In this document: positions 26,688-36,855 of the stretch, in pieces | Layout: each line of letters begins with the position of its first letter | Position numbering within the stretch: the stretch's first letter is position 1 | NCBI GenBank assembly: GCA_035514495.1 | Contig: DATKAY010000183.1 | Coordinates: 1-45,989 of the forward strand | Length of the DNA: 45,989 nt | Direction of reading: 5' to 3' | Origin: Sphingomicrobium sp. | GTDB lineage: Bacteria > Pseudomonadota > Alphaproteobacteria > Sphingomonadales > Sphingomonadaceae | The notes under the pieces: generated by a model | Database searches by the model: none | Seen by the model: only the letters and a program-made list of their open reading frames with translations | Told to the model about the DNA's origin: nothing | Program-made: the position numbers and the translations under genes

Positions 26688-28354
26688 CGCGCCCGCTCCG
26701 CTGGCGACCTGCCTCGATTTGCCCGCGTCTGCGCTTCGTACAGCTTTGCATCCACCAGAAATCGGAACCAGAATCCCTGAAGGACATGGTAAATGAAACC
26801 GGGACGACCGTCGGCAAAGCCAAGCAAGAACAAGTACCGGTACGTGAAGTACAGGAACGCCCGTAATAATAGAGGCAATCGGTAATACCTGGACTTCAGG
26901 TATCGCTTTCGCTCTATTGGAGTCCCCGCAATATTTGGTACAATTTGTCCTTCAGGAGACAGATCTCCGGAGCTGACTTCGAGTGCCTCCATATCCGACC
27001 ATCGGTTGTGGCTGGTAGTCCACGCGCTCAAAGATTGCTCTTGGTGGTCGAGGATGAATGCTTTTATTTTTCCTACTTTGCCGCTGGGGACGTAGTGCTG
27101 ATCGTACAGGCGCTCTTCACACCGTCCAAATCCGCGTCTGAACAGCCGGTAATGCCAAGTTCGCGCAATTCCTCCGAATCTCAGAGTCCGGCCGAAGAAA
27201 ACGATCTTCCGACCAACCATATATCCCGAAAAGGGGCCGCCAGGAAAATCCAGTTCTCGTATTTTTTGCTGGAGCTCCGGTGTCAGCTCTTCGTCAGCAT
27301 CGACATGGAGCTGCCAGTCATGGCGAAGCGGCAGGTTGTCGATCGCCCAGTTCCGCTGGTCGGCGTAATGCAGGAACGGCCGTTGGTGGATCTTCGCCCC
27401 ATATCGACGGCATATTGCAACGGTGCCGTCCGTGCTGAAAGAATCGACGACGTGAATGTCGTCCGACAGACCGGCGAGTGCGCGTAACGTGCGATCGATC
27501 GACGCCTCCGAATTGAAAGTCAGTATGACGACGGAAAGCCCGACCGCCGGCACCTTCACAGTCTGGCTGGCGACTTCGTCATGTTCGTGGTGCGAGCCCG
27601 AACCTTGGATTGCTCCGGCACCTGGCGAGGACCCCTGGCGCACTCTCTTGAACAGGAAGTCCGCCTGGGTGAGGCCGAACGCCTCCGTCACTGCCTGATT
27701 GAACGTGCCGGCCAGTTCGAAGCCGCGGCTCGAAAGATACGACGTGACCTCGTCGAATAGCGGTTGCCCCTCATAGAGCTCGACGTAGGAGAGCTCGATG
27801 TACAAATAGTCGACAAGCTCCAGTTGATCGCATCCCCTGAGCACCTCGAGCTCGCCGCCCTGGACGTCCACCTTCACGAAAATCGGCCGGTTCAGATCGT
27901 GCAGATCTACGCATTCGCCGAGCCTCCGGAGGGGCACTTCCACTTTCGCCGCAGTGCCGACGCCGAATGCCGCCTCCTGGTTGGTACCCGGCTTCAGCAG
28001 GGAGGAACTATCGTCCCGCGTAGCGACAAAGAAATCGGCTGCACCGTGCCTGTCGGACAGCGCCGTCTTGTGAATCGCCGCCAGCGGGTCAGACCGAAAG
28101 ATCCTTTCGAACGTCGTAGCCGCGTCGGAGAGTGGCTCGAAGGCGATGATTCGCGCCTCTGGGTAGATGGCGCGAAAGGCGAGACTGAACTGCCCCTTGT
28201 TGGCGCCGACGTCGATCAGCGTCCCTGACCGGCAGGTGCGGATCACTTCCATATGCTCGATCGCTGCGGCCACGCGCTCGACCAGGGCCGCGCGAACGAA
28301 CGCCGGGCGGGTGACCAGCCGCAGCGCCTTCTTCATTTTGGATGCCGTATTCAC
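26684..28354 (-). CDS. Fusion of an FkbM-family methyltransferase (N-terminal) and a GT2 glycosyltransferase (C-terminal)
   Basis: IDVGANKGQF, AFEP, VKVDVQGGELEVLRG, QADFLF; Gly/Ser/His linker; then VILTFNSE, VDSFSTDGT, QRNWA, VDADE, RAFLYF.YRY...LGF.DG. Confidence 0.88.
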   Translation of the reverse strand: MNTASKMKKALRLVTRPAFVRAALVERVAAAIEHMEVIRTCRSGTLIDVGANKGQFSLAFRAIYPEARIIAFEPLSDAATTFERIFRSDPLAAIHKTALSDRHGAADFFVATRDDSSSLLKPGTNQEAAFGVGTAAKVEVPLRRLGECVDLHDLNRPIFVKVDVQGGELEVLRGCDQLELVDYLYIELSYVELYEGQPLFDEVTSYLSSRGFELAGTFNQAVTEAFGLTQADFLFKRVRQGSSPGAGAIQGSGSHHEHDEVASQTVKVPAVGLSVVILTFNSEASIDRTLRALAGLSDDIHVVDSFSTDGTVAICRRYGAKIHQRPFLHYADQRNWAIDNLPLRHDWQLHVDADEELTPELQQKIRELDFPGGPFSGYMVGRKIVFFGRTLRFGGIARTWHYRLFRRGFGRCEERLYDQHYVPSGKVGKIKAFILDHQEQSLSAWTTSHNRWSDMEALEVSSGDLSPEGQIVPNIAGTPIERKRYLKSRYYRLPLLLRAFLYFTYRYLFLLGFADGRPGFIYHVLQGFWFRFLVDAKLYEAQTRANRGRSPAERAR

Positions 28355-28444
28355 CGGCCTTGACCAGCCAGCCGCCGGTGGCCGAGGAACCAGGCGTGGA
28401 CCGCCGCCACGCTGTCTCGAAAGCGTCCCTTCGGCAGTTCAGTG

Positions 28445-29203
28445 TCAGCTGGCATTGGGTTTTTTCCGGGCGAAGATGTGCAGGTTCGTCGCAAGGGATT
28501 CCGGTGCGAGCCGAAAGAACAGTTTGGCGATTGCAATGAGGAGCTTCGAGCGCTGCACATAAGGCGGCTCGGGATTGTGCAGGTAGGAAAAATCCTCCCA
28601 ATCCGGCATTCCGAAATACCGTCGTACCTGCCGCCTGGTGTTGAGCCTGTACGCTGTGGGAAAGACATCGTGCTCCTGCCTGTCGGGCTGGAGGTGCCTC
28701 AGCAGTCTTGAATGCAAGCGGTTGGGTACCAGTCTGGCTGCAACTCCGGTCATCCCCCAGCGGTTCGGGGTTCGGGCGCAAAACCAGCCGCCGGGGCGAA
28801 GCACGCGGAGTATTTCCTGGGCGAACGGTTCCGGCCTGTGCACGTGCTCGAGCACCCAATCCGCGTAAACGAGGTCGAAGGCGGAATCGTCGAAGGGCAG
28901 TGGGCTGTTGGCGTGGATCACATGTGCCTCATCCAGGAATGGATGGCCGAGCACCGCCGGATCGATATCTGCGCCGACAAGCCTCTGCACTTTGCCCTGG
29001 ACCTTCGCCAGCGCTGATTTGAACGGTGCCGCTGGCGAGAGCAGCTGGGCGCCTCGCCCCGCACCAATGTCCAGCACCCTCATGGATGGATCGAGAAGGG
29101 CGTTCAGGCGCGTGTAGAATTCGATGGTTCCGTCGACACGCGAGAATCCGCCTGCCGCCATCTCGGGATATGCTTTTTGCAGATTGACGCTTGGGCTTGC
29201 CAT
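28445..29203 (-). CDS. Class I SAM-dependent methyltransferase (Methyltransf_11-like)
   Basis: VLDIGAGRG, GADID, LPFDDSAFDLV, VLEHV, EILRVLRPGG, TPN; GGAGG RBS before ATG 29203. Confidence 0.88.
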   Translation of the reverse strand: MASPSVNLQKAYPEMAAGGFSRVDGTIEFYTRLNALLDPSMRVLDIGAGRGAQLLSPAAPFKSALAKVQGKVQRLVGADIDPAVLGHPFLDEAHVIHANSPLPFDDSAFDLVYADWVLEHVHRPEPFAQEILRVLRPGGWFCARTPNRWGMTGVAARLVPNRLHSRLLRHLQPDRQEHDVFPTAYRLNTRRQVRRYFGMPDWEDFSYLHNPEPPYVQRSKLLIAIAKLFFRLAPESLATNLHIFARKKPNAS

Positions 29204-29223
29204 TGAAATCCGCCTCCAAAAGG

Positions 29224-30168
29224 TCATGCGGCCAGCCGCCGGTTCTCGAGAAACCAGGCATAGGTTGCCGCCACCCCGTCCTTCAGCGAGACTTTCGGTG
29301 ACCAGCCCATCGCCTTCAGCTTTTTGCCCGACAAGAGCTTGCGCGGAGTGCCGTCGGGCTTGCTCGGGTCGTGCACGAGACTGCCTCGAAAGCCGACGAC
29401 CTCCATTACCAGACGCGCGAGCTGCTCGATGGTCAGATCCTCGCCCGAGCCGAGGTTGACATGGCTCTCTTCCGAATATTGCTTCATCAGGAAAATGCAG
29501 GCGTCGGCCGCGTCGTCGACGTGCAGGAACTCGCGACGCGGTTTGCCGGTCCCCCAGATTTCAATCGACGAAGCGCCGCTGAGCTTCGCCTCATGTGCCT
29601 TGCGGATCAGCGCCGGCACGACGTGGCTCGACTGCGGGTCGAAATTGTCGCCCGGGCCGTAGAGGTTCGTCGGCATCGCCGAGATGAAGTCGCGGCCGAA
29701 CTGGCGGCGGTACGCCTGGCAGAGCTTCAAGCCGGCGATTTTCGCAATCGCATACCATTCGTTGGTCGGCTCGAGCGGAGCGGTGAGAAGTGCGTCTTCG
29801 CTGATCGGCTGGGGCGCGAATTTGGGGTAGATGCAGCTCGAGCCGAGGAACAGCAGCTTCTCGACTTCGGATCGGTGCGCGGCGCGGACGACATTCGCCG
29901 CGATCATCAGATTGTCATAGAGAAAGTCGGCCGGGCAGCTTTGATTGGCGAGGATGCCGCCGACCCTCGCCGCCGCGAGAAACACTGTGTCGGGCCGCTC
30001 GGCTTTGAACCAGCTATCGACGGAGCTCTGGTTGCGCAGGTCGAGCTCGGCACGGTCCGCAGTGAGTATCGTGCAGTCTTCGCTCTTAAGACGGCGCAGG
30101 ATCGCGCTACCGACCATTCCGCGATGTCCTGCGACGAAGACATTCGTTCCGGCAAACGAGTAAGTCAT
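29224..30168 (-). CDS. fcl: GDP-L-fucose synthase
   Basis: VAGHRGMVGSA, AAARVGGI.AN, LGSSCIYPK, LEPTNEWYAIAK, MPTNLYGPGDNF, WGTGKPRREFLHVDD, KPDGTPRK. Confidence 0.96.
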   Translation of the reverse strand: MTYSFAGTNVFVAGHRGMVGSAILRRLKSEDCTILTADRAELDLRNQSSVDSWFKAERPDTVFLAAARVGGILANQSCPADFLYDNLMIAANVVRAAHRSEVEKLLFLGSSCIYPKFAPQPISEDALLTAPLEPTNEWYAIAKIAGLKLCQAYRRQFGRDFISAMPTNLYGPGDNFDPQSSHVVPALIRKAHEAKLSGASSIEIWGTGKPRREFLHVDDAADACIFLMKQYSEESHVNLGSGEDLTIEQLARLVMEVVGFRGSLVHDPSKPDGTPRKLLSGKKLKAMGWSPKVSLKDGVAATYAWFLENRRLAA

Positions 30169-30169
30169 C

Positions 30170-31240
<1,071 letters not shown>

Positions 31241-31279
31241 TCAAACATTCCTCTCGGTCGATTGGGGATCGGCGGCGGT

Positions 31280-32722
31280 TCAATAGGCGTTCGGATGGAT
31301 GAGCACTCGAGCCGTCCTCAGCAGGATCAGCACATCGCGCCAGAGGCTCCAGCCGACGAGATATTCAAGGTCCGACTGAACCCGGTTGATGACGTCGGCC
31401 TTGGTGGCGGTCGTTCCCCGGAATCCGCGGACCTGCGCCAGCCCGGTGATTCCGGGCTTGATCCCGTGCCGCTCCCAGTATCGGCCCTCAATTTCCCAGA
31501 AGAGAACTTCCTCCGCTTTCGACTCCAGCGCGTGCGGGCGCGGGCCCACCATGCTCATGTCGCCGGCGAGGACGTTGATTAGCTGGGGGATTTCGTCGAG
31601 GCTTGTGCGTCTCAGCAACCGGCCAAGCCGGGTGACTCGATCGTCGCCCCGTTGCGTTGACCTGATGCCGGCACCGTCTTCCGCGTCGGTGCGCATTGTC
31701 CGGAACTTCAGGATCTGGAAAATCCGGTTTCCCTCGCCAACCCTGGGCTGCCGGAAGAACACCGGCCCGGGGCTGTCCAGCTTGATGAGGATGGCCAGGG
31801 CGGCGAAGACGGGGGCGAGCAGCACGAGCGCAGTGACGCTGACGCAAAGGTCGAGGATGCGCTTCTTGATCGAATCCGCCAGTCCCAGCGGCTTCAATCC
31901 CACCACCAGGGTGGTGTGATCCTCGTACCGGCGAAGTTCGAGCGGACCCAGCGAATCCAGTTCGGGGGTCAGCACCTCGACATCGACTCCGACGCCCTTG
32001 AGCGCCGCCACCCAGCTGTTCCTGCGCTCGCTGCTTGCGGCCAGAATGACGCAATCCGCATTGTACAGGAACGTGCCGATCCGGTGGAGCGTCAGCGGAT
32101 CCTTCCTGGTAGCCGAATTGCCATCGGCGATGATTACGATCTCGCCCGATGAGGGGTGTACGGGCGCACCGTCGATCAGCAGGACTTCGTTCGTGAATCG
32201 CCCGTTTGTCAGGTGCCCGACCAGGCGCGCGAAGTTCCATCTGAACAGAACCAGCAGAACCGCGGACAAGACCAGCCCGACGGCGAGGACCTGCCGCGAA
32301 AAGTGCACGCTGACCTTCAGATAGAAGAATATGCCGATCAGGATCGCTGCGGCGACGATAAGCGACTGGAACGCCGCTCGGATGGCGGTCCTGGGGTTCT
32401 TGAGCGCATTGAGGCCGTAGCCGTGGCCGTTGGCGACCAGCAGGACGTAGATCGGGTAAAGGAGCATGAACTGGTCGAGCCCCTGGGAATGCCAGGGCAC
32501 GCCGAACCGAATGAAGTTCGAAGAGCCGAACGCGGCCGCGATACAGACCAGGTCCAGCAGCAGGAGAGCGGCGTAAAGCCTCATCCTCAGCGCCTGCTTC
32601 GAGGTCATCGTTGCCAGCGGCAGCGCGAGCGACGGTATGCGCCCGGCCCGGTTGAATCGCACGGAAAGCGACTGGACATTGGATGTCCCGGCGCCTGGTC
32701 CGAGGCTGTATTCGTCAACCAC
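31280..32722 (-). CDS. Priming polyprenyl glycosylphosphotransferase (WcaJ/GumD-like); start uncertain, ORF open to 32800
   Basis: Four N-terminal TM helices; KRILD, IKLDSPGPVFFRQ.R.G, KFRTM, D.RVTRLG..LR.TSLDEIPQL.NV..GDMS.VGPRP, KPGITGLAQV. Confidence 0.92.
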   Translation of the reverse strand: MVDEYSLGPGAGTSNVQSLSVRFNRAGRIPSLALPLATMTSKQALRMRLYAALLLLDLVCIAAAFGSSNFIRFGVPWHSQGLDQFMLLYPIYVLLVANGHGYGLNALKNPRTAIRAAFQSLIVAAAILIGIFFYLKVSVHFSRQVLAVGLVLSAVLLVLFRWNFARLVGHLTNGRFTNEVLLIDGAPVHPSSGEIVIIADGNSATRKDPLTLHRIGTFLYNADCVILAASSERRNSWVAALKGVGVDVEVLTPELDSLGPLELRRYEDHTTLVVGLKPLGLADSIKKRILDLCVSVTALVLLAPVFAALAILIKLDSPGPVFFRQPRVGEGNRIFQILKFRTMRTDAEDGAGIRSTQRGDDRVTRLGRLLRRTSLDEIPQLINVLAGDMSMVGPRPHALESKAEEVLFWEIEGRYWERHGIKPGITGLAQVRGFRGTTATKADVINRVQSDLEYLVGWSLWRDVLILLRTARVLIHPNAY

Positions 32723-32845
32723 TTCGCAGCCCCCAGAGTCCCATCGGCGCCGAGACGAAGAGCGCGCTTTTCGACCCCGCTCACTCGCGAGCGGTTGCAC
32801 GCCCCGCCAATGTCATGGGTGCCAAGGCGGGGCGGCCAGAGATAT

Positions 32846-32860
32846 CCGGGAAAATCCCGG
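32846..32860. promoter_or_regulatory. Palindromic operator CCGGGA-AAA-TCCCGG, copy 2 (between divergent priming transferase and manC)
   Basis: Identical to 16878-16892. Confidence 0.65.
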
Positions 32861-32980
32861 TTACCCCCCGCGCCCCTCAAGCGCCATAACCGCCCGCATG
32901 CGGGGCAGGATGGAATCGTTGTTGAACGGAGTCGCGTTGATGACGGCGCGCATCGCGCGACCTCGCCGGGGGGAGGGGCG

Positions 32981-34462
32981 ATGAAACTCCAGCCGGTCGG
33001 CGGCAAGACGGCCAGGGTAGCGGTTCCTGGCACGACGGTTCGGCCCGTAGTCCTTTGCGGCGGCTCGGGAACGCGGCTGTGGCCGCTGTCGCGCGCACTG
33101 CATCCCAAGCAGTTGCTGCCGCTGGCGCGCAGCGAAACGATGCTTCAGTCCACCGTGGCTCGAATAAAACACCCGATCTTCTCGGCCCCAATCGTGGTTT
33201 CGGGGGAAGAGCACCGGTTTCTCGTCAGGGACCAGATGGCTGCAATTGCCAAGCAGCCAGACGCCATCATCCTCGAGCCCGAAGGCAGGAACACCGCTCC
33301 CGCGATCGCCCTGGCGGCGCAGTGGGTCAGCCAGCAGTCGCCGGACGAGTTGATGCTGGTGATGCCGTCCGATCACGTCATCGCCGATCCACAAGCATTC
33401 CTGTCCAGCGTCGAAGCGGCCGTGCCCGCGGCGCTCCAAGGCGCTCTCGTGACCTTCGGGATCGAGCCGACCAAGGCTGAAACCGGCTATGGCTATATAG
33501 AGGCCGGAGCCGAGCTTCCGAACGCGCCCGGTGTGCTGAGCGTCGAATGCTTCGTCGAAAAGCCCGATGAGCCCAGCGCCCGGGAATACTGCAAATCTGG
33601 CCGGCATTATTGGAACGGTGGCATCTTTCTCTTTCGCCCTCGCGCATTCCTCGACCAGCTGGCCGAGTTCGCACCGGATATCGCCACGGCCTGCGACAAG
33701 GCCATGTCCACGGCGATGCGCGACGGCGATTTCGTTCGGCCCGCGGCGGAACCGTTCCTGTCGTCGCCCGCGGTTTCGATCGACTATGCGGTGATGGAAC
33801 AAACGAAGCACGCCTGCATCGTGCCGGTCAGCATGGGCTGGTCCGACGTCGGATCCTGGGATGCGCTGTGGGACATCAGCGCCAAGGACGAAGACCTCAA
33901 CGCCCTTCATGGCGACGTGCTGGCGCTCGATACTCGGGGATCCCTGCTGCGCAGCGAAGGTAATTTTACCGTTGCTGCCCTGGGCGTCGAAAATCTCATC
34001 GTCGTCGCGACCCGCGACGCCGTTCTGGTCGTGCCCCGGAAACGCGCTCAGGATGCGAAGTTGATCGTGGATGGGTTGAAAGCGGCAGGCAAGAACAGGT
34101 GTTCGTTACACCCGAAGGTGCACAGGCCCTGGGGCACCTATGAGACGACCGATGCCGGCGAGCGTTTCCAAACCAAGCGGATCGTCGTCAATCCGGGCGC
34201 GAAGCTGTCGCTGCAAATGCACCATCAGCGTTCCGAGCACTGGGTTGTGGTGAGCGGCACGGCGCGGATCACCATCGACGGGCAGGTGCGCCTGCTTCAG
34301 GAGAATGAATCGACATTTGTGCCCGCCGGGTCGCTTCATCGACTGGAAAATCCGGGCAAGATCCCGCTTCATTTGATTGAAGTGCAATGCGGACCCTATC
34401 TCGGCGAGGACGACATCGTCCGTTTCGAGGACAGTTACGGAAGGCTGCCAAGCGTCGCCTGA
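32981..34462 (+). CDS. manC: Mannose-1-phosphate guanylyltransferase / mannose-6-phosphate isomerase
   Basis: GGSGTRLWPLSR..PKQ, EP.GRNTAPA, GYGYI, FVEKP, WNGGIF, SIDYAVME, WSDVGSW; cupin RPWG..LSLQMH..RSEHW. Confidence 0.95.
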   Translation: MKLQPVGGKTARVAVPGTTVRPVVLCGGSGTRLWPLSRALHPKQLLPLARSETMLQSTVARIKHPIFSAPIVVSGEEHRFLVRDQMAAIAKQPDAIILEPEGRNTAPAIALAAQWVSQQSPDELMLVMPSDHVIADPQAFLSSVEAAVPAALQGALVTFGIEPTKAETGYGYIEAGAELPNAPGVLSVECFVEKPDEPSAREYCKSGRHYWNGGIFLFRPRAFLDQLAEFAPDIATACDKAMSTAMRDGDFVRPAAEPFLSSPAVSIDYAVMEQTKHACIVPVSMGWSDVGSWDALWDISAKDEDLNALHGDVLALDTRGSLLRSEGNFTVAALGVENLIVVATRDAVLVVPRKRAQDAKLIVDGLKAAGKNRCSLHPKVHRPWGTYETTDAGERFQTKRIVVNPGAKLSLQMHHQRSEHWVVVSGTARITIDGQVRLLQENESTFVPAGSLHRLENPGKIPLHLIEVQCGPYLGEDDIVRFEDSYGRLPSVA

Positions 34463-34499
34463 CGATCCCGCGGGTGCGGGCGAGCGTTCGGGCCCCTGC

Positions 34500-35105
34500 T
34501 CAGCTGCCGCTGCGCTCCAATGCCCGCTCCAGCTCGACCAGATGGGCAACGCAACTCGACCGGGTCTTCGCCATGATCGCCGCCCGATGGTCCTCCACCG
34601 TCTTGGGTTTGATGTCGAGCGTGGCGGCAATCATCTTGTTGCTCATGCCCCGGGCCAGCAGCCTGAACACATCCCACTCCCGCGGGGTCAGGCACTCCAG
34701 CCGAGCCAGGGCCGCTTGCCGCCGGCTGCTCCACTCGACCGCTTCGGCGACTCCGTCCAGCAGTCTTTGCTCCTGGATCGGCTTTTCCATGTAATCGATG
34801 CCGCCAAAGTTCCGGATGGCATCGACGGCCGCGGAGGTCTTGGGCCATGCGGTAATGAAGATGACCGCGGCCGTAGGGGCGCATCGCCGAAGTTTCTCGG
34901 CCACCATGAAACCGTCGATTTCGCCCATCATCACGTCGCTGATCACGCAATGCGGCGGCTTGTGTTTGCAGTCTTCGAGCAGCACGGCCGCATCGCTATA
35001 CGCCGTCGCATCATATCCCGATCGCTGCAGGAACCTGGTGACCGACAGGGCCAGATCGGCGTCGTCATCGAGGACGTAGATGGTTGCAGGCGAGTCCATG
35101 CTCAC
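34500..35105 (-). CDS. FixJ/LuxR-family DNA-binding response regulator
   Basis: YVLDDD, ISDVMM (phospho-Asp), IFITA, MEKP; LTPRE..V..L..G.SNK.IA..L.I...TVE.HRA.IM.K helix-turn-helix. Confidence 0.93.
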   Translation of the reverse strand: MSMDSPATIYVLDDDADLALSVTRFLQRSGYDATAYSDAAVLLEDCKHKPPHCVISDVMMGEIDGFMVAEKLRRCAPTAAVIFITAWPKTSAAVDAIRNFGGIDYMEKPIQEQRLLDGVAEAVEWSSRRQAALARLECLTPREWDVFRLLARGMSNKMIAATLDIKPKTVEDHRAAIMAKTRSSCVAHLVELERALERSGS

Positions 35106-36772
35106 GCCTGCGCCAAATGGGCAGCCGGAAGAACAAGCGTCATTCGCCGCTCGCCTGTCTCGCCGGCTTCTTCGATCAACGAGCCTCCGTGCAACTCCGC
35201 GATCGCCTCGACGATGAGTTTTCCGACGCCCATTCCCTGCCGATAGGGAGACTCCGGATCGGGCGTGTTGATCACGGCGATTTCGATCAGCTCGTCGGGG
35301 CGTTTGTGAGCGATCAGCTCGACAATGCCGCCGGGACTTGCCGCTATCGCGTTGCGAAGCAGGTTGGTGAGCGCCTGCTGGAGCTCCACGTCCAGGCCGT
35401 CGATCGCAAGGTCGCTCCTGATCCGCATCTCGAGCCGGACCGCGGCAGCTTTCGCTTCGGCCGAAATCACCTCGACGACCTCGCGCACCAGCTTCGAGAT
35501 CGCGATCGTCTTGCGCTCGCCGGTCGGGCTGCCGAAGCTTCGAAGTCGCCGGACCAGCGTCGCCAGGCTTTCGGTCTTGCGGGCGATGAGCGTCGATGTT
35601 TCCCGAATCTCCTCCGGGCTGGCGTCCGGCGATGCCGACAGCCGCGCAAGGTAGCTGGTCTCCAGCGAGAGGGTCGAGAGCGGCTGGCTAAGCTCGTGGA
35701 TTACCGCCACGGACATTGCCCTCAGCGTCTTCAGCCGCTCCGACTGGAGCAGCGCGCGGTCGCGAAGCCGAAGTTCCCGGTCATGCCGTTTCCGGTCGTC
35801 GGCATAGCTGCCCGCGAGGAACGCCACGAGCGCTATTCCGGCCAGCTGCAAGTGGATCGAAAGCCCGTTGAGCTGCGCCGGATAGGCCGCGCTTGCCCAC
35901 AGCCCACCGGCGCTGACGGCCAGTGTCGACGCCCAGGCCAGAAGCCGCCCAAATCTCAGGCCGACCAGGCCGACCGCGAGCATCATCGGGACTAGCCGAA
36001 CCCCAAAGCCCGCAACCTCGAGACCGATGACGACCAATGTCCCAATCGCAAGAACCGCGGCAGCTTCCAGCCAGGAACGAAGGGGACAAAGGTCCGGCAC
36101 CGACTTCGCCTTGAGCACAGAAACAAGCCAGAGGGCCGCGGGCGCGATCAGGAGAATTCCAAGGAAGTCGCTGAGCGCGAAGACGAAGAACTGGCCGAGC
36201 AATCCGGGAAGCCCTTCGGCAAAACCGCCTCCGAGCGCGAACTGCCAGGGTGCGCTTGCCGCAAATCCCAAGACCGGGGCGAGCAAGGCTGCAATTCCGA
36301 ACTTGGAGGCTTCGGGGCCGAGCGGCAGCGAGCGGGCGACGATGGGTCGTCCCGCCAAGGCGATTGCAAGCGCATAGCCGAGGGGAGGGCCGACAATGCT
36401 GCAAAGAACCAGCAGGTCTGCCGTGGTGCCCAGGCCATAGACGCCGAGGGCAGCCAGCCCGAGGGCTTCGAGCGGCGCGATGACCAGTACCGATCGAGGC
36501 CCAAAGTGCCAGAGCGCAGCGAAACGCAAACCGGCCGCCGGGAACAGCAAGCTGTAGGAAATCGAGGTTCCCCATAGGGAAGCGGGCTGGCCCGATAGCA
36601 AGGCGAGCTGGTGGAACAATGTGAATGCTACGGTGTAACCGACCGCAGCGAGCATCAGGGGCCAGGTGCCGGAGCTTCTCATCTGCTTGGTTCGCCCCAC
36701 GCCAGCGCCGGTTGCGCGCGCCGGCCGCCCCCCGAGCCGTCTGAGGAGACGCTTCAACGGTTTGGGAGTCAA
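35102..36772 (-). CDS. Membrane sensor histidine kinase (MASE1-like input, FixL-type H box, degenerate ATPase domain); start uncertain (TTG 36772 or ATG 36682)
   Basis: SLLFPAAGLRFAAL...G MASE1-like start; many TM helices; HELSQPL; NLLRNA; GMGVG; AELHGG. Confidence 0.85.
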   Translation of the reverse strand: MTPKPLKRLLRRLGGRPARATGAGVGRTKQMRSSGTWPLMLAAVGYTVAFTLFHQLALLSGQPASLWGTSISYSLLFPAAGLRFAALWHFGPRSVLVIAPLEALGLAALGVYGLGTTADLLVLCSIVGPPLGYALAIALAGRPIVARSLPLGPEASKFGIAALLAPVLGFAASAPWQFALGGGFAEGLPGLLGQFFVFALSDFLGILLIAPAALWLVSVLKAKSVPDLCPLRSWLEAAAVLAIGTLVVIGLEVAGFGVRLVPMMLAVGLVGLRFGRLLAWASTLAVSAGGLWASAAYPAQLNGLSIHLQLAGIALVAFLAGSYADDRKRHDRELRLRDRALLQSERLKTLRAMSVAVIHELSQPLSTLSLETSYLARLSASPDASPEEIRETSTLIARKTESLATLVRRLRSFGSPTGERKTIAISKLVREVVEVISAEAKAAAVRLEMRIRSDLAIDGLDVELQQALTNLLRNAIAASPGGIVELIAHKRPDELIEIAVINTPDPESPYRQGMGVGKLIVEAIAELHGGSLIEEAGETGERRMTLVLPAAHLAQA

Positions 36773-36855
36773 GCTGCGAACCGCCGCAATTGATCCAAAC
36801 TGGTTATACTTAAGCGCGGCCGACCGCGCTGTCGCCTGCTCGAAGCGGGCCGGGC

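Noticed and set aside
32805-32826. Sigma54 promoter (TGGCAC on the minus strand) for the priming transferase
   Set aside because: No TTGC at the required -12 spacing
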